Shown: positions 12,841-25,654 of the stretch, one piece after another
How the letters are laid out: each line of letters begins with the position of its first letter
How positions within the stretch are numbered: the stretch's first letter is position 1
DNA from: Octopus bimaculoides
Lineage: Eukaryota
Length of the DNA: 49,778 nt
Direction of reading: 5' to 3'
Assembly: GCF_001194135.2 (NCBI RefSeq)
Contig: NC_068986.1
Coordinates: forward strand, 96,700,483-96,750,260
The notes under the pieces: generated by a model
The model's database searches: none
The model's input: the letters and a program-made list of their open reading frames with translations, nothing else
Told to the model about the DNA's origin: nothing
Position numbers and translations under genes: made by a program

Positions 12841-13050
12841 AATCTCGGTCGTTCGCGAAACAAGTTCTCGTTTGTCTGCTGCTACTAGCGAGAGTTTGCG
12901 ATTTCTGAATGGATGTTTAGCCCTAGGTCGCCTCTCATTTAACATACGTATGATAAAGGACAGCTATTTCAGCCGTGATCAAGATGTATAATAAAAGGCT
13001 TTTCAATCATGGTCATTTCATCTTGTTTTCATTACAAGCACACTGTGTGC

Positions 13051-13391
13051 GTTGGCACTCCGTCGCTTACGACGTCGATCAACGGAACAGCCTGCTCGTG
13101 AAATTAACGTGCAAGTGGCTGAGCACTCCACAGACACGTGTACCCTTAACGTAGTTCTCGGGGATATTCAGCGTGACAAGGCTGACCCTTTGAATTACAG
13201 GCACAACAGAAACAGGAAGAAAGCTGTGGTGAAAGAGTACAGCAGGGTTCACCACCATCCCCTGTCGGAGCCTCGTGGAGCTTTAAGTGTTTTCGCTCAA
13301 TAAACACTCACAATGCCCGGTCTGGGAATCGAAACCGCGATCCTATGACCGCGAGTCCGCTGCCCTAACCACTGGGCCATTGCGCCTCCAC
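13051..13391 (-). mobile_element. tRNA-derived SINE, family A, near full length
   Basis: Minus-strand head GTGGAGGCGCAATGGCCCAGTGGTTAGGGCAGCGG...GGTTTCGATTCC has A and B boxes; the body is nearly identical to 31537-32095 and 44535-44839. Confidence 0.9.
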
Positions 13392-14384
13392 TATCACAAC
13401 CCTATGAAGAAGTAAAAGGGTACGAAATTGGCTGTGTTGTTATTGTTTTTTTCCCCACGCCCTGTACTTTTAGTATTCCTGTATGTTATAATAACGTGAA
13501 TTACGATTCTGGAAGAATTTTTTTGTTTTATTAATTTCAATCTTTTACATCACTCCCACTCCAATTTCGGTCCCTTATCTTTCCCCACAATATAATGATA
13601 GTTATTCAAAACTCCACTGGTTATCCAATGTATCTTTCTTCTGAGCTAGTAAGATGGAAAAGGGAAAGGGAACAAGCATTGTCGAACGACTACATAGAGT
13701 AGCCCTCGTTGCATTCTAATTCTGTTTTTTTTCTTCAATACCATGATCGATCAGATGGATGGCCAAAGATCTAATCCTGTTTTTCTTCAATACCGTGATC
13801 GATCAGGCGTATGGTCAAAGAAATTTCACCCGTGACCACCCTACTCCATTTTTTCTTGCATGGTGTATCTAGGATTACGTTATCCAGTGTATCCTTTTAA
13901 AGACAGTTGGATATGATTTGAAAGACTTGGGCTGCTATTTCTAGCAGTTCTAATGACCACATATAGGGTCACTTTATTATTATTATGTTTGTTTGTTTTT
14001 TTTTATTTTGATTTCTGGGTGTAGTTTGAAATTGTAAAATTAACAAAGTTGAAGTGCTCTTAAAAATAGGAATACGAGTTTGTTTAGAGGAAGCAACAAA
14101 TTATCTTTATAAAATTAAATTTTAATTTTAAGTAGAAAAATTCAAGTTCATTTAAAAAAAAATTTGAATGGATTAAAAAATTTCAGATTTTTCTTTAACA
14201 GTGAATTTGAATTTCAGTTTCTATCAGAGACTATTTACATTTCAAGTTGTTAAATTGTGATTTATTAATATTCTAAATTATGTTTTCTTTTTTAAGTTTT
14301 AAGCATTACTGTGTGTAACAATTAAACTAAAGTTCATTATTAGAAGCTTTTGTTTCCTAATTTTTTTTTTATTTCTCTAATTTG

Positions 14385-14640
14385 AATGCTTATGGCTTCG
14401 AGGGTAAGACCACCAGTGCAACACGAAGTGGTTTTAATTTCCAGACTGAGTGGTACACTGTGTATTCAGCAAAACACTTCATTTCATGTTGCTCCAGTCC
14501 ATAACTTCAAGCAATAGCTGGGAAGTTAACCCTACAATGGACCAGCATTCCATTCAGAGGAAGAGTTTTAACCCCAATCACTTGTATGCCATGGAAACTG
14601 AATTAAGCTCTAGGAATCATAGAATCCTAGGGTTTATGAT
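14385..14640 (+). mobile_element. Old SINE-like element, family E (V/Meta-SINE-like central domain)
   Basis: caaaacacttcatttcatgttgctccagtc ... aaccctacaatggaccagcattccattcag ... atgccatggaaactg resembles conserved central domains of deep SINE superfamilies, from recall. Confidence 0.4.
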
Positions 14641-14663
14641 AGACCTAAGTCTATGTTTCTAAT

Positions 14664-14935
14664 ACATCACCATCATCATTTAAGGGCCATTTTCCATGCT
14701 GGCATGGGTTAGACACTTTGACTGGAGATGGTATGCTGGAGAGCTGCACCAGGCTCCAGTTGTCTGTTTTGGCTCGGTTTCTATAGTTGGATGCCCTTCC
14801 TAATGCCAACCACTCCACAGAGTGTACTAGGTGCCTTTAATGTGTAACTGGTATGGCTACCATTTATGTGTCACTGGTATGGGTGCCATTCATGCATCAC
14901 TGGCACTGACCACAACCACAATTTCACTTAGTTTG
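14664..14935 (-). mobile_element. 3' end of RTE-like LINE (diverged)
   Basis: catcatcatttaag..ttttccatgctggcatgggtt...ggatgcccttcctaatgccaaccactccacag. Confidence 0.75.
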
Positions 14936-15556
14936 ATGTGTGTTCTCAAACACAGCAATTTGCACAGAAGTCTCAACATCCAAAGATCACATTTTCATTA
15001 GTCTACCTCTTCCACAGGTTCTTAGGGAGAATTTTGCTGATTTAAGCAGCTGGACAAATGTACCTTAAATATCTGTTTTTGCTAATAATGTTGGTAAATT
15101 GCAATAATCAGCAGAACTGATAAACTAGTGAGGGTCTACATCAGTAACAACTTGAGCTAGCAGCAAAATGTGCTTCAAATTATATAGCCTTATATAAGAC
15201 ACATTAAATAAGGTAATGCTAGATATACTATGCCTGAATAGAAGACAGGATTTCAGAACTGGACCACTGCTAGATAAAGGCTGATTAGGGCTAAGCAAAG
15301 CAAACATTTTAAAAAAAATTTGTTTCTTTACTAAGAGAGTGGTTAGTGCTTCTGAGATGAGAGACACAGTTAATATTCAGTTAGAATATCTAGGCAAATG
15401 GTTTGAGAAAAATGTGAGCTATGTGAGTTAACAAAGGAACTTCTACTAGCTTACTAAACCAGCTACAACTAGCAGCCAAATCTCCCTCAAATTACAACCC
15501 ATCTTCAGAGAAAAGGACCCACTAGATAATAATGTAGTTTTAGATATGCTGTTTTA

Positions 15557-16230
15557 GAAGTAGTTGATAGCTTCCGCTACTTAGGTGACCAAGTTAGTAG
15601 TGGGGTTGGATGCTCAGAGAGCATTACCACTAGAATAAGAATAGCCTGGGCAAAGTTTAGAAAGCTTCTGCCTCTCACTCAGAGTGAAAGGTAGATTGTA
15701 CGATGCATGTGTGTGAACTGCCATGCTTCACGGCAGTGAAACATGGGCCGTAACTGTGGAGGACATGCGTAGGCTTGAAAGAAATGAAGCTAGCATGATC
15801 CGCTGGATGTGTAATGTCGGTTTGCACACACAACAGAGTGTAAGTGCCCTGAGAGAAATATTGGACATAAGAAACATAGGATGTGGCATGCAAGAGAGAC
15901 GTTTGAGCTGGTATGGTCATGTACTATGGATGGATGAAGAGAGATGTGTGAAGAAGTGCCACTTTCAAACAGTTGAAGGAATCCGGAGTAGAGGTAGACC
16001 CAGAAAGACATGAGATGAGGTGGTCAAGCATGACCTTCGAATGTTGGACCTCACAGAGGCAATGACGAAAGACAGAGACCTCTGGAGATATGTTGTGACT
16101 GCGAATACCCGGCTGTATCCTACACCAGTTTCGCATAACCAGCCCCACCCCCAGCCCATTCAAAAGTACCTTGAATCGTAGGGTGACCTGCTGTGCTTGA
16201 GGAGACCTATTGAGGCAAGTACATCAACAT
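15557..16230 (+). mobile_element. RTE-like LINE, 5'-truncated ORF2 C-terminus plus start of 3' UTR
   Basis: EVVDSFRYLGDQV...MLHGSETWAVTVEDMRRLERNEASMIRWMC...RGRPRKT; close paralog of 47740-48708. Confidence 0.9.
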
Positions 16231-18076
16231 GTGTTAATGTCAACCAGAGAAGTTGAATTGTTGGGTATGTTTTTAACTTGGGTCTTAAAGTATGCCTGTA
16301 TATATGGGAGAGTATAGTCTCACTTTAATAGTTTCAGTATAAAATTGAAAGTATCTGACATTACAGTAGAGTGATGTTATTGTTTCACTTTTGACATGTA
16401 ATACTGAAATAGTGGAGGAGATATGATATTGCTGTGGGCTCAAACTATGCAAGAAGTTAAAAATTTTGTTGGCCTAAGACACTACACGGACCCTAAGTAA
16501 GGCATTTGTTAATTTGGAATGAAATTGGTTGTGTAGTTCTCGAGTTTTAAGGATTCACACAGACACACATTTTCATCTTTATATATCTGATATTTATGCA
16601 CACATTCCAAAATTCCAGTGTTAAGGATAGTAAAAAGGATTTTGCACCTGAAAAATGGAGCTCATGGAGCTGAAAAATGTGGGAGTTAAGGCCCCTATTG
16701 GGGATGGGTGTGTTAATGTCAACCAGAGAAGTTGAATTGTTGGGAATCTTTTTAACTTGGGTGTAATATGTATTGTTTGAATTTCTTTGAAATAGGAAAT
16801 ATATGTATATTCACTGGGTTTGTAAAAGAGAGCAAAGCTACAGGAAACGAAAAGACGAATGATCACGATAATCAGTCAGCTACCATAGCCTAGTCGTTAC
16901 TACTCCCCAATGTAGGATTCCTCACCATACAGGTGACAGACACAGCTGTAAGATGCATTACGGAACTATAGCAATTGGAAGGGCATGACCCAATTGNNNN
17001 NNNNNNNNNNNNNNNNNNNNNNNNNNNNNNNNNNNNNNNNNNNNNNNNNNNNNNNNNNNNNNNNNNNNNNNNNNNNNNNNNNNNNNNNNNNNNNNNNNNN
17101 NNNNNNNNNNNNNNNNNNNNNNNNNNNNNNNNNNNNNNNNNNNNNNNNNNNNNNNNNNNNNNNNNNNNNNNNNNNNNNNNNNNNNNNNNNNNNNNNNNNN
17201 NNNNNNNNNNNNNNNNNNNNNNNNNNNNNNNNNNNNNNNNNNNNNNNNNNNNNNNNACCTGAAAAATGGAGCTCATGGAGCTGAAAAATGTGGGAGTTAA
17301 GGCCCCTATTGGGGATGGGTGTGTTAATGTCAACCAGAGAAGTTGAATTGTTGGGAATCTTTTTAACTTGGGTGTAATATGTATGGTTAAAATTTCATCA
17401 GCATGAAAAATATATGAATTTTCATGGGGATTATGGCCATTATGCATAGAATATAATTTCCAAATTTCATAAAGATCCATTCAGTACTTTTGACGTAGTT
17501 TTGGATAAAAAAAAAACAAATGCCTAATGTGTGTTTGTGTGCATGTATGAGTGTATATATGTATAGATATCTGTATGCATGTATATATGTGTACATATTA
17601 CATGTACATCTATATATATACATCTACACATATGTATACATATACATGTATGCATATAGATCTATATCTTTATATACATGTTTACATATACATCTCTCTC
17701 TCTCTCTCTATATATATATATACATGTATATGGATACATTTGTGCAGATATATATATGCATGTATGTATGTATGCCTGTATATATGTGAAAGTATAGTTT
17801 CATTGTAGTAGATTCAGTATGAAAATGAAACCATTAAAATGAAAGTATTTGACATGAGTGTTTTTGTTTCACTTTTGACATGTAATACTTAAATAGTGGA
17901 GGAGATATGATGTTGCTGTGGGCTCGAACTATGCAAGAAGTTAAACATTTTTTTTGACTAAAACACAACCGGGACCCTAAGTAAGACATGCGTAAAATTT
18001 GAATGAAATTGGTTGTGTAGTTCTCGAGTTTTAGGGAATCACACAGAGACACACACACAGACAGACAAACATTCTC

Positions 18077-18110
<34 letters not shown>
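16231..18110 (+). mobile_element. Tandem/nested non-autonomous Helitron2/Helentron (HINE/DINE-1)-like repeats
   Basis: Block gtgttaatgtcaaccagagaagttgaattg occurs three times. A ~260-nt block ending ...gtagttctcgagtttt...cacacagac...tttatatat occurs at ~16335-16590 and ~17815-18090. Internal TA/TG microsatellites. Confidence 0.5.
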
Positions 18111-18116
<6 letters not shown>

Positions 18117-18560
18117 TATGTATCTATAAATGAACATTTGTATATGTCTGTGGTTGTAATAAAAGATTTGGCACAAAAGGTATGTATAGGATATAACTTC
18201 AGAAACCAAATTAAAAACTATGGTGATGATTTTGATATATTGTGAACCAAGAAAATAGCTTTAGGCAGTGTTGTATAATCAGCATTTCAATTCAGGGTAT
18301 TTTGTTGCAGCTAAAATCTTATAAAAATTATGATGGAAGATTTTAAGTGGTTTTGTATCAAACAATCAGAGGCAGCCTCAGACAAATTACTTGAAGGGCT
18401 CTCATGCCCTCTTTCTCAATCCTATTACTAATACTTTCCCTCCCCTCTGTTCCCTGCCACACTCCCCATCCTCCCCTCTTACCATCTCTCCATCTGGGAT
18501 CATTGCCCGCTCTCCCTTCTGGTCTCCCTTAGTTATAGGAGTCTACTTTAAGTGATCGTA

Positions 18561-18750
18561 ACTAGTGCTGGTGCCATGAAAATAAGCACCTAATACACTC
18601 TATAAAGTGGTTGGTATTAGAAAGGGCATCAAGCCATAGAAACCATGTCAAAATAGAAATTGGTGCATGATGTAGTCCTTTGGTTCATTGTATCCTGCCA
18701 AATTTTTCAACATATGCTAGCATGGAAGCTGGATGTTAATTGATAATGAT
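18561..18750 (+). mobile_element. 3' end of RTE-like LINE (diverged)
   Basis: gctggtgccatg..aagcacc..tacactctataaagtggttgg...atgctagcatggaagctggatgttaa. Confidence 0.7.
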
Positions 18751-20036
18751 ACTGCAGTCATTTCCACCTTATTTTACTATATTAAATACTCGTCTATGAA
18801 GAAGACCAAGAATATATGTTTTGCTTATAACCATCTGAATTGTCACTTCTCAATTCAAAGTTAATCTAACAATTACTTGACTTTCTGATTGGTTTGCAGA
18901 AGTTTATATTTATGCAAATCTCCAGGCCAAGGTGCACTCGCCACTCCTTGGACACAATTGCCATTCACACCAAATTTAATCACCTCTATATTTAATGTAA
19001 CTCTTTCTGGGATCTCAAAATACTTGTACATATTAGTGTTGGCATTATTTTACCAAAGCAGAACATTGGATAGCAGTTGCTATTTAGTTCCATGCCAGCT
19101 TTGACTGAGAAAATTTACAATCAAACATGTTTCAGCCAAAACACACCACCCTTTTCTCAGACATTGTGTGCTCCCTGCCTTTTTGAGATAACAGGGTGTA
19201 ATATGAGGGAGATTTGGTTGCAATTTGTAACATGTCCAGCAATCATATAGAGACTACTTCAATGGTATGTTAGCATGGTTTGTACTATACAAACTGTACA
19301 GTGATGTAGTAACATTGATTTCCTTAACAATTGTAGACATGTGGTAATAAACATAAATGTAATAAATAATTTTAATTAGAGAATGCAGGCAATCAGCCAC
19401 TGGGTTTTTTAAAAATTTGAAAAATTGGTTTCTATATTTCATTGAAACTTTACATCACATTGAAATAGAGAGACCATAATGCTTGGTCAAACACATATTG
19501 CCTTAATTTTTAATGTCCCTTACAGCCAACACACATATTGATGGATTCAACAACTAATATAATCCAGTAAATTGTCAACTTCATAACTCTCAGAAATTAA
19601 TATTTCATTTCAGATTTATCCACCAACTGTAAGAGGTAAGCATATACAATATGCTAGAAGTATTTGGAAATGTAACATTTAATCCAGAAATAATTAACGA
19701 TTTTATTAAGAAATATACTCACGAATTGTTGCTGAAGATATTGCAAGAAAAATTGAAAGAGAGTCAAAACAAGTACTATTACTGTCACCTAATTGTGTAT
19801 AACAGAGAGGATAACATGATAAGCTAGAAACATTATATATTGATAAAGCATTAGTACAATGTTTTAGTAACCCAGCTGGATGGTAAGATGAAGAATTATA
19901 CTGTGGTTTACTTACAAACATAACTTTGATGAGATTTCACTTGACAGGTATGATGTTCAATATCATACCAAATGAGAATTTCCCAACATGATAGGGTTCT
20001 CTTTTTGAAATGTATTTATAATAATTGGTTTCTTCT

Positions 20037-20060
20037 ATAATAACAATAACAATAATAATG

Positions 20061-20127
<67 letters not shown>
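20037..20127. repeat. (TAA)n microsatellite downstream of the ZNF-2 stop
   Basis: About 30 near-perfect TAA units read directly. Confidence 0.95.
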
Positions 20128-20128
<1 letters not shown>

Positions 20129-20218
20129 CATCAAGAAACAATTTTGAGAAAAATTTCATAAAACTCAAAGATAGATTTTCTTGCAAGTCCATTTAATTTT
20201 ATTTTTTAAGAGACATTT

Positions 20219-21409
20219 TCACGAATTTTCTGTGTGAATAGGTTTATGACGTAATAAATTTCTGTTCCTAGAAAATGCTTCACCACAAATTTCACACTGG
20301 TATGGTTTTTCTCCAGTGTGAATACGTATATGGTCTGATAAATGACTGCTGGTGGAAAAAGCTTTGTCACAAATTTCACACTGGTAAGGTTTTTCTCCAG
20401 TGTGTATACGTGTATGATCTGCTAAGTGATCCTTTCTATAAAATGTTTTCTCACAAATTTGACACTGGTATGGCCTTTCTCCAGTGTGAATACGTCTGTG
20501 TTCTGCTAAGTGGGATTTTCTATGAAATGCTTTCTCACAAAATTCGCACTGGTATGGTTTTTCTCCAGTGTGAGAACGTTTATGACGAGATAAGTTAGAA
20601 TTTCGAGAAAATGCTTTCCCACACACATCACAATGATATGGTTTTTCTCCAGTATGGAGACGTTTATGAGCTGCCAAGTTACTGCTGTGAGAAAATGCTT
20701 TGCCACATATTTCACAATGGTATTCCTTAGATGTGTGTGTAAGTCTATGACATTTCATGTAAGCCTTTCGTGAGAAACATTTCCCACAGATATCACACTT
20801 ATATGGTCTTTCTGTTGAGTGAATAATTTTATGGTAGGTCAATCTTATCTTTTTTGGAAAAGTTTTCCCACAAATATCACAGGAATATGGCTGAGTCCCT
20901 CTGTGAATAAATTTATGAACAGATAACTGACTCTTTACATAAAATGATTTTCCACAGAATTCACAATGATATCGTGTTCTCCCAGCGTGTTTATCTTTAT
21001 GAAATACTAAAAGTCTTTTACGTGAGAAGCCTTTCCCACAGATATCACATCGAAATGGTTTTATATGAATATGACTATGATCTGATAAAATGCTGCTACT
21101 CGAGAATGATTTACCACAGACATCACAATGGTAGGGTTTTTCTCCAGTGTGAATATGTATATGAGCTCTTAATCCACTGTTATAAGAAAATGCCTTCCCA
21201 CAAATATCACAGCGGTATCGTTTTTCTCCAGTGTGACTAACCTGATGTCGTGATACACTACTCCTGGTTGAAAAAGCTTTTCCACATGTGTCACACTGGA
21301 ATGGTTTTGCTGCTGTGTGAGTTCGTTTATGAGAAGTTAAGTTAGCATTACTAGTAAACAGTTCTCCACAAACATCACATCTGTATGGTTTCTCTTCAGT
21401 CTCAAACAT
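20219..21409 (-). CDS. C2H2 zinc-finger protein ZNF-2 (14 fingers, 396 aa)
   Basis: Intact ORF with an ATG start, 14 C2H2 units and mostly TGEKP linkers. Acceptor tttctttattttcag ends at 21801. Confidence 0.94.
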   Translation of the reverse strand: MFETEEKPYRCDVCGELFTSNANLTSHKRTHTAAKPFQCDTCGKAFSTRSSVSRHQVSHTGEKRYRCDICGKAFSYNSGLRAHIHIHTGEKPYHCDVCGKSFSSSSILSDHSHIHIKPFRCDICGKGFSRKRLLVFHKDKHAGRTRYHCEFCGKSFYVKSQLSVHKFIHRGTQPYSCDICGKTFPKKIRLTYHKIIHSTERPYKCDICGKCFSRKAYMKCHRLTHTSKEYHCEICGKAFSHSSNLAAHKRLHTGEKPYHCDVCGKAFSRNSNLSRHKRSHTGEKPYQCEFCEKAFHRKSHLAEHRRIHTGERPYQCQICEKTFYRKDHLADHTRIHTGEKPYQCEICDKAFSTSSHLSDHIRIHTGEKPYQCEICGEAFSRNRNLLRHKPIHTENS

Positions 21410-22084
21410 TATTGAAATGATACAGCTTTAACAGACAATTGCTTCTCTGTTTTTGTACCATGAAGACAATTGCATTAGAACAAATGTTTCTTCCAATAAA
21501 ACTCTCCTGAGGTATTAAATCTCTTCAAGTGTATCGGTTGATTTTGAATTTGCAATGTCCTTAAAGAAACAATCCTTTGGTCAGCTCTTTTACCTCCATG
21601 AAACAGTTTGTGTCAACTGAAATTGTTCAATTTGTGAGAAAAACTACTTCTCACCAATATTAATCATATTACAACTAATTTTCTCCTTAAATATGATTAT
21701 TATCTTCAGAGACTAATAAATACCAGACACAGGTTATTGCAGCTAACACAGTTGATTGTTGGTATCTTCTTGTAGAATTCTTTTATTCAACATTGCTGCC
21801 CTGAAAATAAAGAAACCAAATCTTAGTTAAGAACTATCAATGAAATTTATAATTAGTGATGGTATTCTGTATCAACATAATAATCGTTTAATGTCCACTT
21901 TTCCAGCTGACATGGGTCAGATAGAATTTGTTGAGGTACATTTTCTATAGCGAGATACTCTTCCTGTCACCAACCTTCACCTGATTCCAAGCAAGACATG
22001 CTTTCCACAGAAGGCTGAAAATGAACTACATTGCTTGTATGATAGTAATACTGATTTACTACCATCACATAATATCAAGACAAG

Positions 22085-22275
22085 AGTACACACAGACACA
22101 CACACATATATATATTTATATATATGATGGCTTTCTTTCAGTTTCCATCTATCAAATCCACTCAGATGACATTGGTCAACCCAGGGCTATAATAGAAGAC
22201 ACTTGCCTAAGGTGCTGCACAGTGGGACTGAACAAGACCATGTGGTTGGGAAACAAGTTTCTCAACTCACTGTGT
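22085..22275 (-). mobile_element. SINE family B, 5' half
   Basis: ctttcagtttccatctatcaaatccactca...gacacttgcctaaggtgctgcacagtgggactgaac..ccatgtggttggg. Confidence 0.75.
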
Positions 22276-23235
22276 AACAAAATATAGTTTTTTTTATTGT
22301 TTTTGGGCAGTAAGTGTTATTTCCTATTTGCTTCTATCTAGAAATCAAAGAAAATTACTACTATTCTTTTAAACTTTGCTTTTGTGATCTGGACATCAAT
22401 GTTTTGAAACTGACCTAACAGATTCAGTGCTGAGTTGCTGAAGCAGAAATATTAAAGTAAGTATCCTGCTCAATACCACAGATTTGCTTGTCAGTTGCTT
22501 GACCTTAATGACTACAACAAGCCCCTCAGTGGCTGACAATATGTGCATCTCCGATCATGAGCAGGAGTAGTGGGAGAGCATCATAAACATGTGTTCAGAA
22601 GGATTCTTTGGGGTTTGAATAAATGCAACAAAGCAAAGTTTGAAGGAAATACTAGGCATTTATCACACTTTCCAGGGGTAGCAAATAGGACTTTGGAAAT
22701 AGTGTCTGTTACACTACTACTTTTCTGAACAAACTCAAATTGATCATTACATTCCAATAACTGAATGCTGCTAAGGGATTGCTTTTGGCATTGTGATAAT
22801 GTTGTATCTGAAGAGCTTAATAACTGAACCATTCCAAAAGCAATATTAGCTGTGATAAAATGGTGATGGGTTTATTAACTTGTCCTATAATGGCATCTTG
22901 TGGGTTCATTATGTACTTTGTAGAGTAAAGAAAAAGTCTTTTTTCTTATACTTGTGACATATTGCATCTCATTGGAGATTTTTTACGTCCATTTATATAC
23001 ACGCACCATCACACACACAAAAAAAAAACAAAAAAAAAACTGTGAATCAGCAGCTGAAACATCTTGTTTGGTGAACTCCCCTTGTAAAATATGTTGATTT
23101 TAAACTAACATTCTTTCAAGATAAGTCTAGTGCTCTGAATTGTGATACAGTTGTTTGAAGTTCAGCTTTTTATTTTTTTGAAGGCTTATATCGTGTGGAA
23201 ATTATTTTAGAAATAAAGTCATCCATTATCGGTAT

Positions 23236-23469
23236 TATTATGCAAAAGTGTCGTAAGCCCAAAACGTTGCTTTTTCAGAAAACGAAAAATAGTTTCACCA
23301 TTCCATAGCAAAACCGTTGTACTACGCTTTGACAATTTTCATATCTTGGCATCTGAAGTAGCTGGAGATACGATAGTTTCATGAAAAGAACCGGTTTTTG
23401 TTAGCAAAAATAAATATTGAGAAAAACGCATTTGGCCAAATTTTGGACATACGACAGTTTAAGATAATA
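23236..23469. mobile_element. MITE-like element with ~29-bp imperfect TIRs
   Basis: tattatgcaaaagtgtcgtaagcccaaaa is inverted to ttttggacatacgacagtttaagataata (core 17/21); no ORF. Confidence 0.5.
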
Positions 23470-23619
23470 GCAACGATATACACATTGAAGATATATTGCT
23501 TAACCAAGAGTGCTAAGGATTCAATAAATTGTTTCGAAGTTACTAGCAAAACAAACCTTTAGGCAATTTATTTCAACTGTCACTATGTGATATAAATTCA
23601 AATACTTTGAGACATAGCT

Positions 23620-23865
23620 TCATCATCATCGTTTAACGTCCGCTTTCCATGCTAGCATGGGTTGGACGATTTGACTGAGGACTGGCAAGCCAGAAGGCTG
23701 CACCATTCTCCAATCTGATCTGGCAGAGTTTCTACAGCTGGATGCCCTTCCTAACGCCAACCACTCCGTGAGTGTAGTGGGTGCTTTTACGTGCCACCGG
23801 CTCGAGAGCCATTCACACGGTACTGGCAACGGCCGCGCTCAAAATGGTGTTTTTTACGTGCCACC
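23620..23865 (-). mobile_element. 3' end of RTE-like LINE with (GAT)n tail (young)
   Basis: catcatcatcgtttaacgtccgctttccatgctagcatgggttggacgatttgactgaggactgg, nearly identical to other copies. Confidence 0.88.
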
Positions 23866-24932
23866 GGGGGTATACAGCCTATGTAAGTCAAAAATGCTAG
23901 TAAAAAAAAATTGACGTATGTAACTAGCGTTTAAAATCTGAAGACTGAGAACTGGTTGTATTTTGAAAGCATAGAAATCTGTCTGTATCTGATTTATTAA
24001 GTAGATAAGATCATTAATACCAAAGACTTTATTCAGCATATAAAGATATAAGCTAACAACCGGCTTAAATAAGGGAGAGCACTCATCCATTATCAAATGA
24101 ATGCAACTCAAATACTACGACGAGAGCACTTATCTTCAAACGGGAAGTGTTAAAAATACAAAATACTACTTTGGAACTTTTGCATCATTTTCACAGCTTT
24201 GCTCCTCAGATACTGGTTACATTTGCGTGTTCACATATCCAAGAGTGTTCTGAATAAATTAATTTATTGTATTTTATTTCATAGGCGAATGAAATATAGA
24301 AATACAAAAATGTTTTAAGCTTCTTCGGCAGTTCACTTTACAAAATCGCACTAATGAATGAGCCTCCAAATGGTTACTCAAACTGTTAGAAATAACAGCT
24401 ACATTTCTCACAAAACACAGCCAGCTATTCTGAGCAAGTAAAAAACACGGAAGATAATGTAGTGGTATATACCTCTAAAATAACAAGATGGTCATGGCTA
24501 GAATGCCTTTGATCATAGGGTCTACTGGATCAAGGTTGATTTGGTGCTAAACAACAATATATCGCGGTCCACAACAGTGAAGTAATGCAACAAAAACAAT
24601 AAAAAGAACTTCTTTACATTTCATCAACAAGACAAAGAGACCACGACTCAGAATTAAATACAATAATATACTGGAAGCAAATAACGAATTCATAATTATT
24701 TCTAAGAAATTATTTTACAAGTGGGAAAAGAAACCGTTTCAAAGTGAGAATTACTTTGCAGAAATTCATCAACAATTTACACGTCATTATTCTGCGGTTG
24801 CACAAATGTTGACTGTATATATGTTCACTTATATTGCTATTGTTCAGAAAATCGCATCTATTGGCGCCTACGTATAAATATACATAAATATTCACACATA
24901 TACGTATCCATAGCAAACAAAAGCTTTCTTAC

Positions 24933-25128
24933 CTCGATTTTTCACCCTTTTCTACCTTATCTTCATTTTAACACTCCTATGCAGTTAGTTATTGTACAGC
25001 CACGCATCCTCCCAAAGTGTCCCTGGTCTGCTGATACTACAGCAGTCTTTAAATGTCCACTACGACCAACACGGTAGACTTATCAACTGAGCAGCACAAC
25101 ATAGAATGAGGTGTCACTGACCGGAAGT
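24933..25128 (-). promoter_or_regulatory. Candidate promoter and non-coding first exon of ZNF-2
   Basis: Strong donor CGAG|GTAAGA at 24932, ETS/GABP core CCGGAAGT at 25121-25128, unique CpG-containing sequence. Confidence 0.5.
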
Positions 25129-25184
25129 ATAGAGAAGGAAAAACTAACCGATTCCACTATAACTACACACACACACACGTACAC

Positions 25185-25512
<328 letters not shown>

Positions 25513-25654
25513 TGTGGTCGCGTGATTGACCAGATTATCAGGTGTTATACATCGCTGGTCACAATGCACTTTGCGTCGTTTTAGCTTTCGAATAATGCCA
25601 CACCACTAGCTAGGCGAGCATACCAGCATTCCCCGGCGTACCTCCCCATATGTA

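Noticed and set aside
13320-13391. tRNA gene
   Set aside because: It has A and B boxes but runs straight into a ~270-nt body repeated three times in the window, so it is a SINE head.
13730-13815. ~50-bp direct repeat ttttcttcaatacc.tgatcgatcag
   Set aside because: Two-copy slippage duplication next to a family D repeat; no further structure.
19937-20134. Poly-Ile ORF and IY/HT/VC-repeat ORFs (e.g. 17520-17808, 25354-25584)
   Set aside because: Translations of microsatellites.
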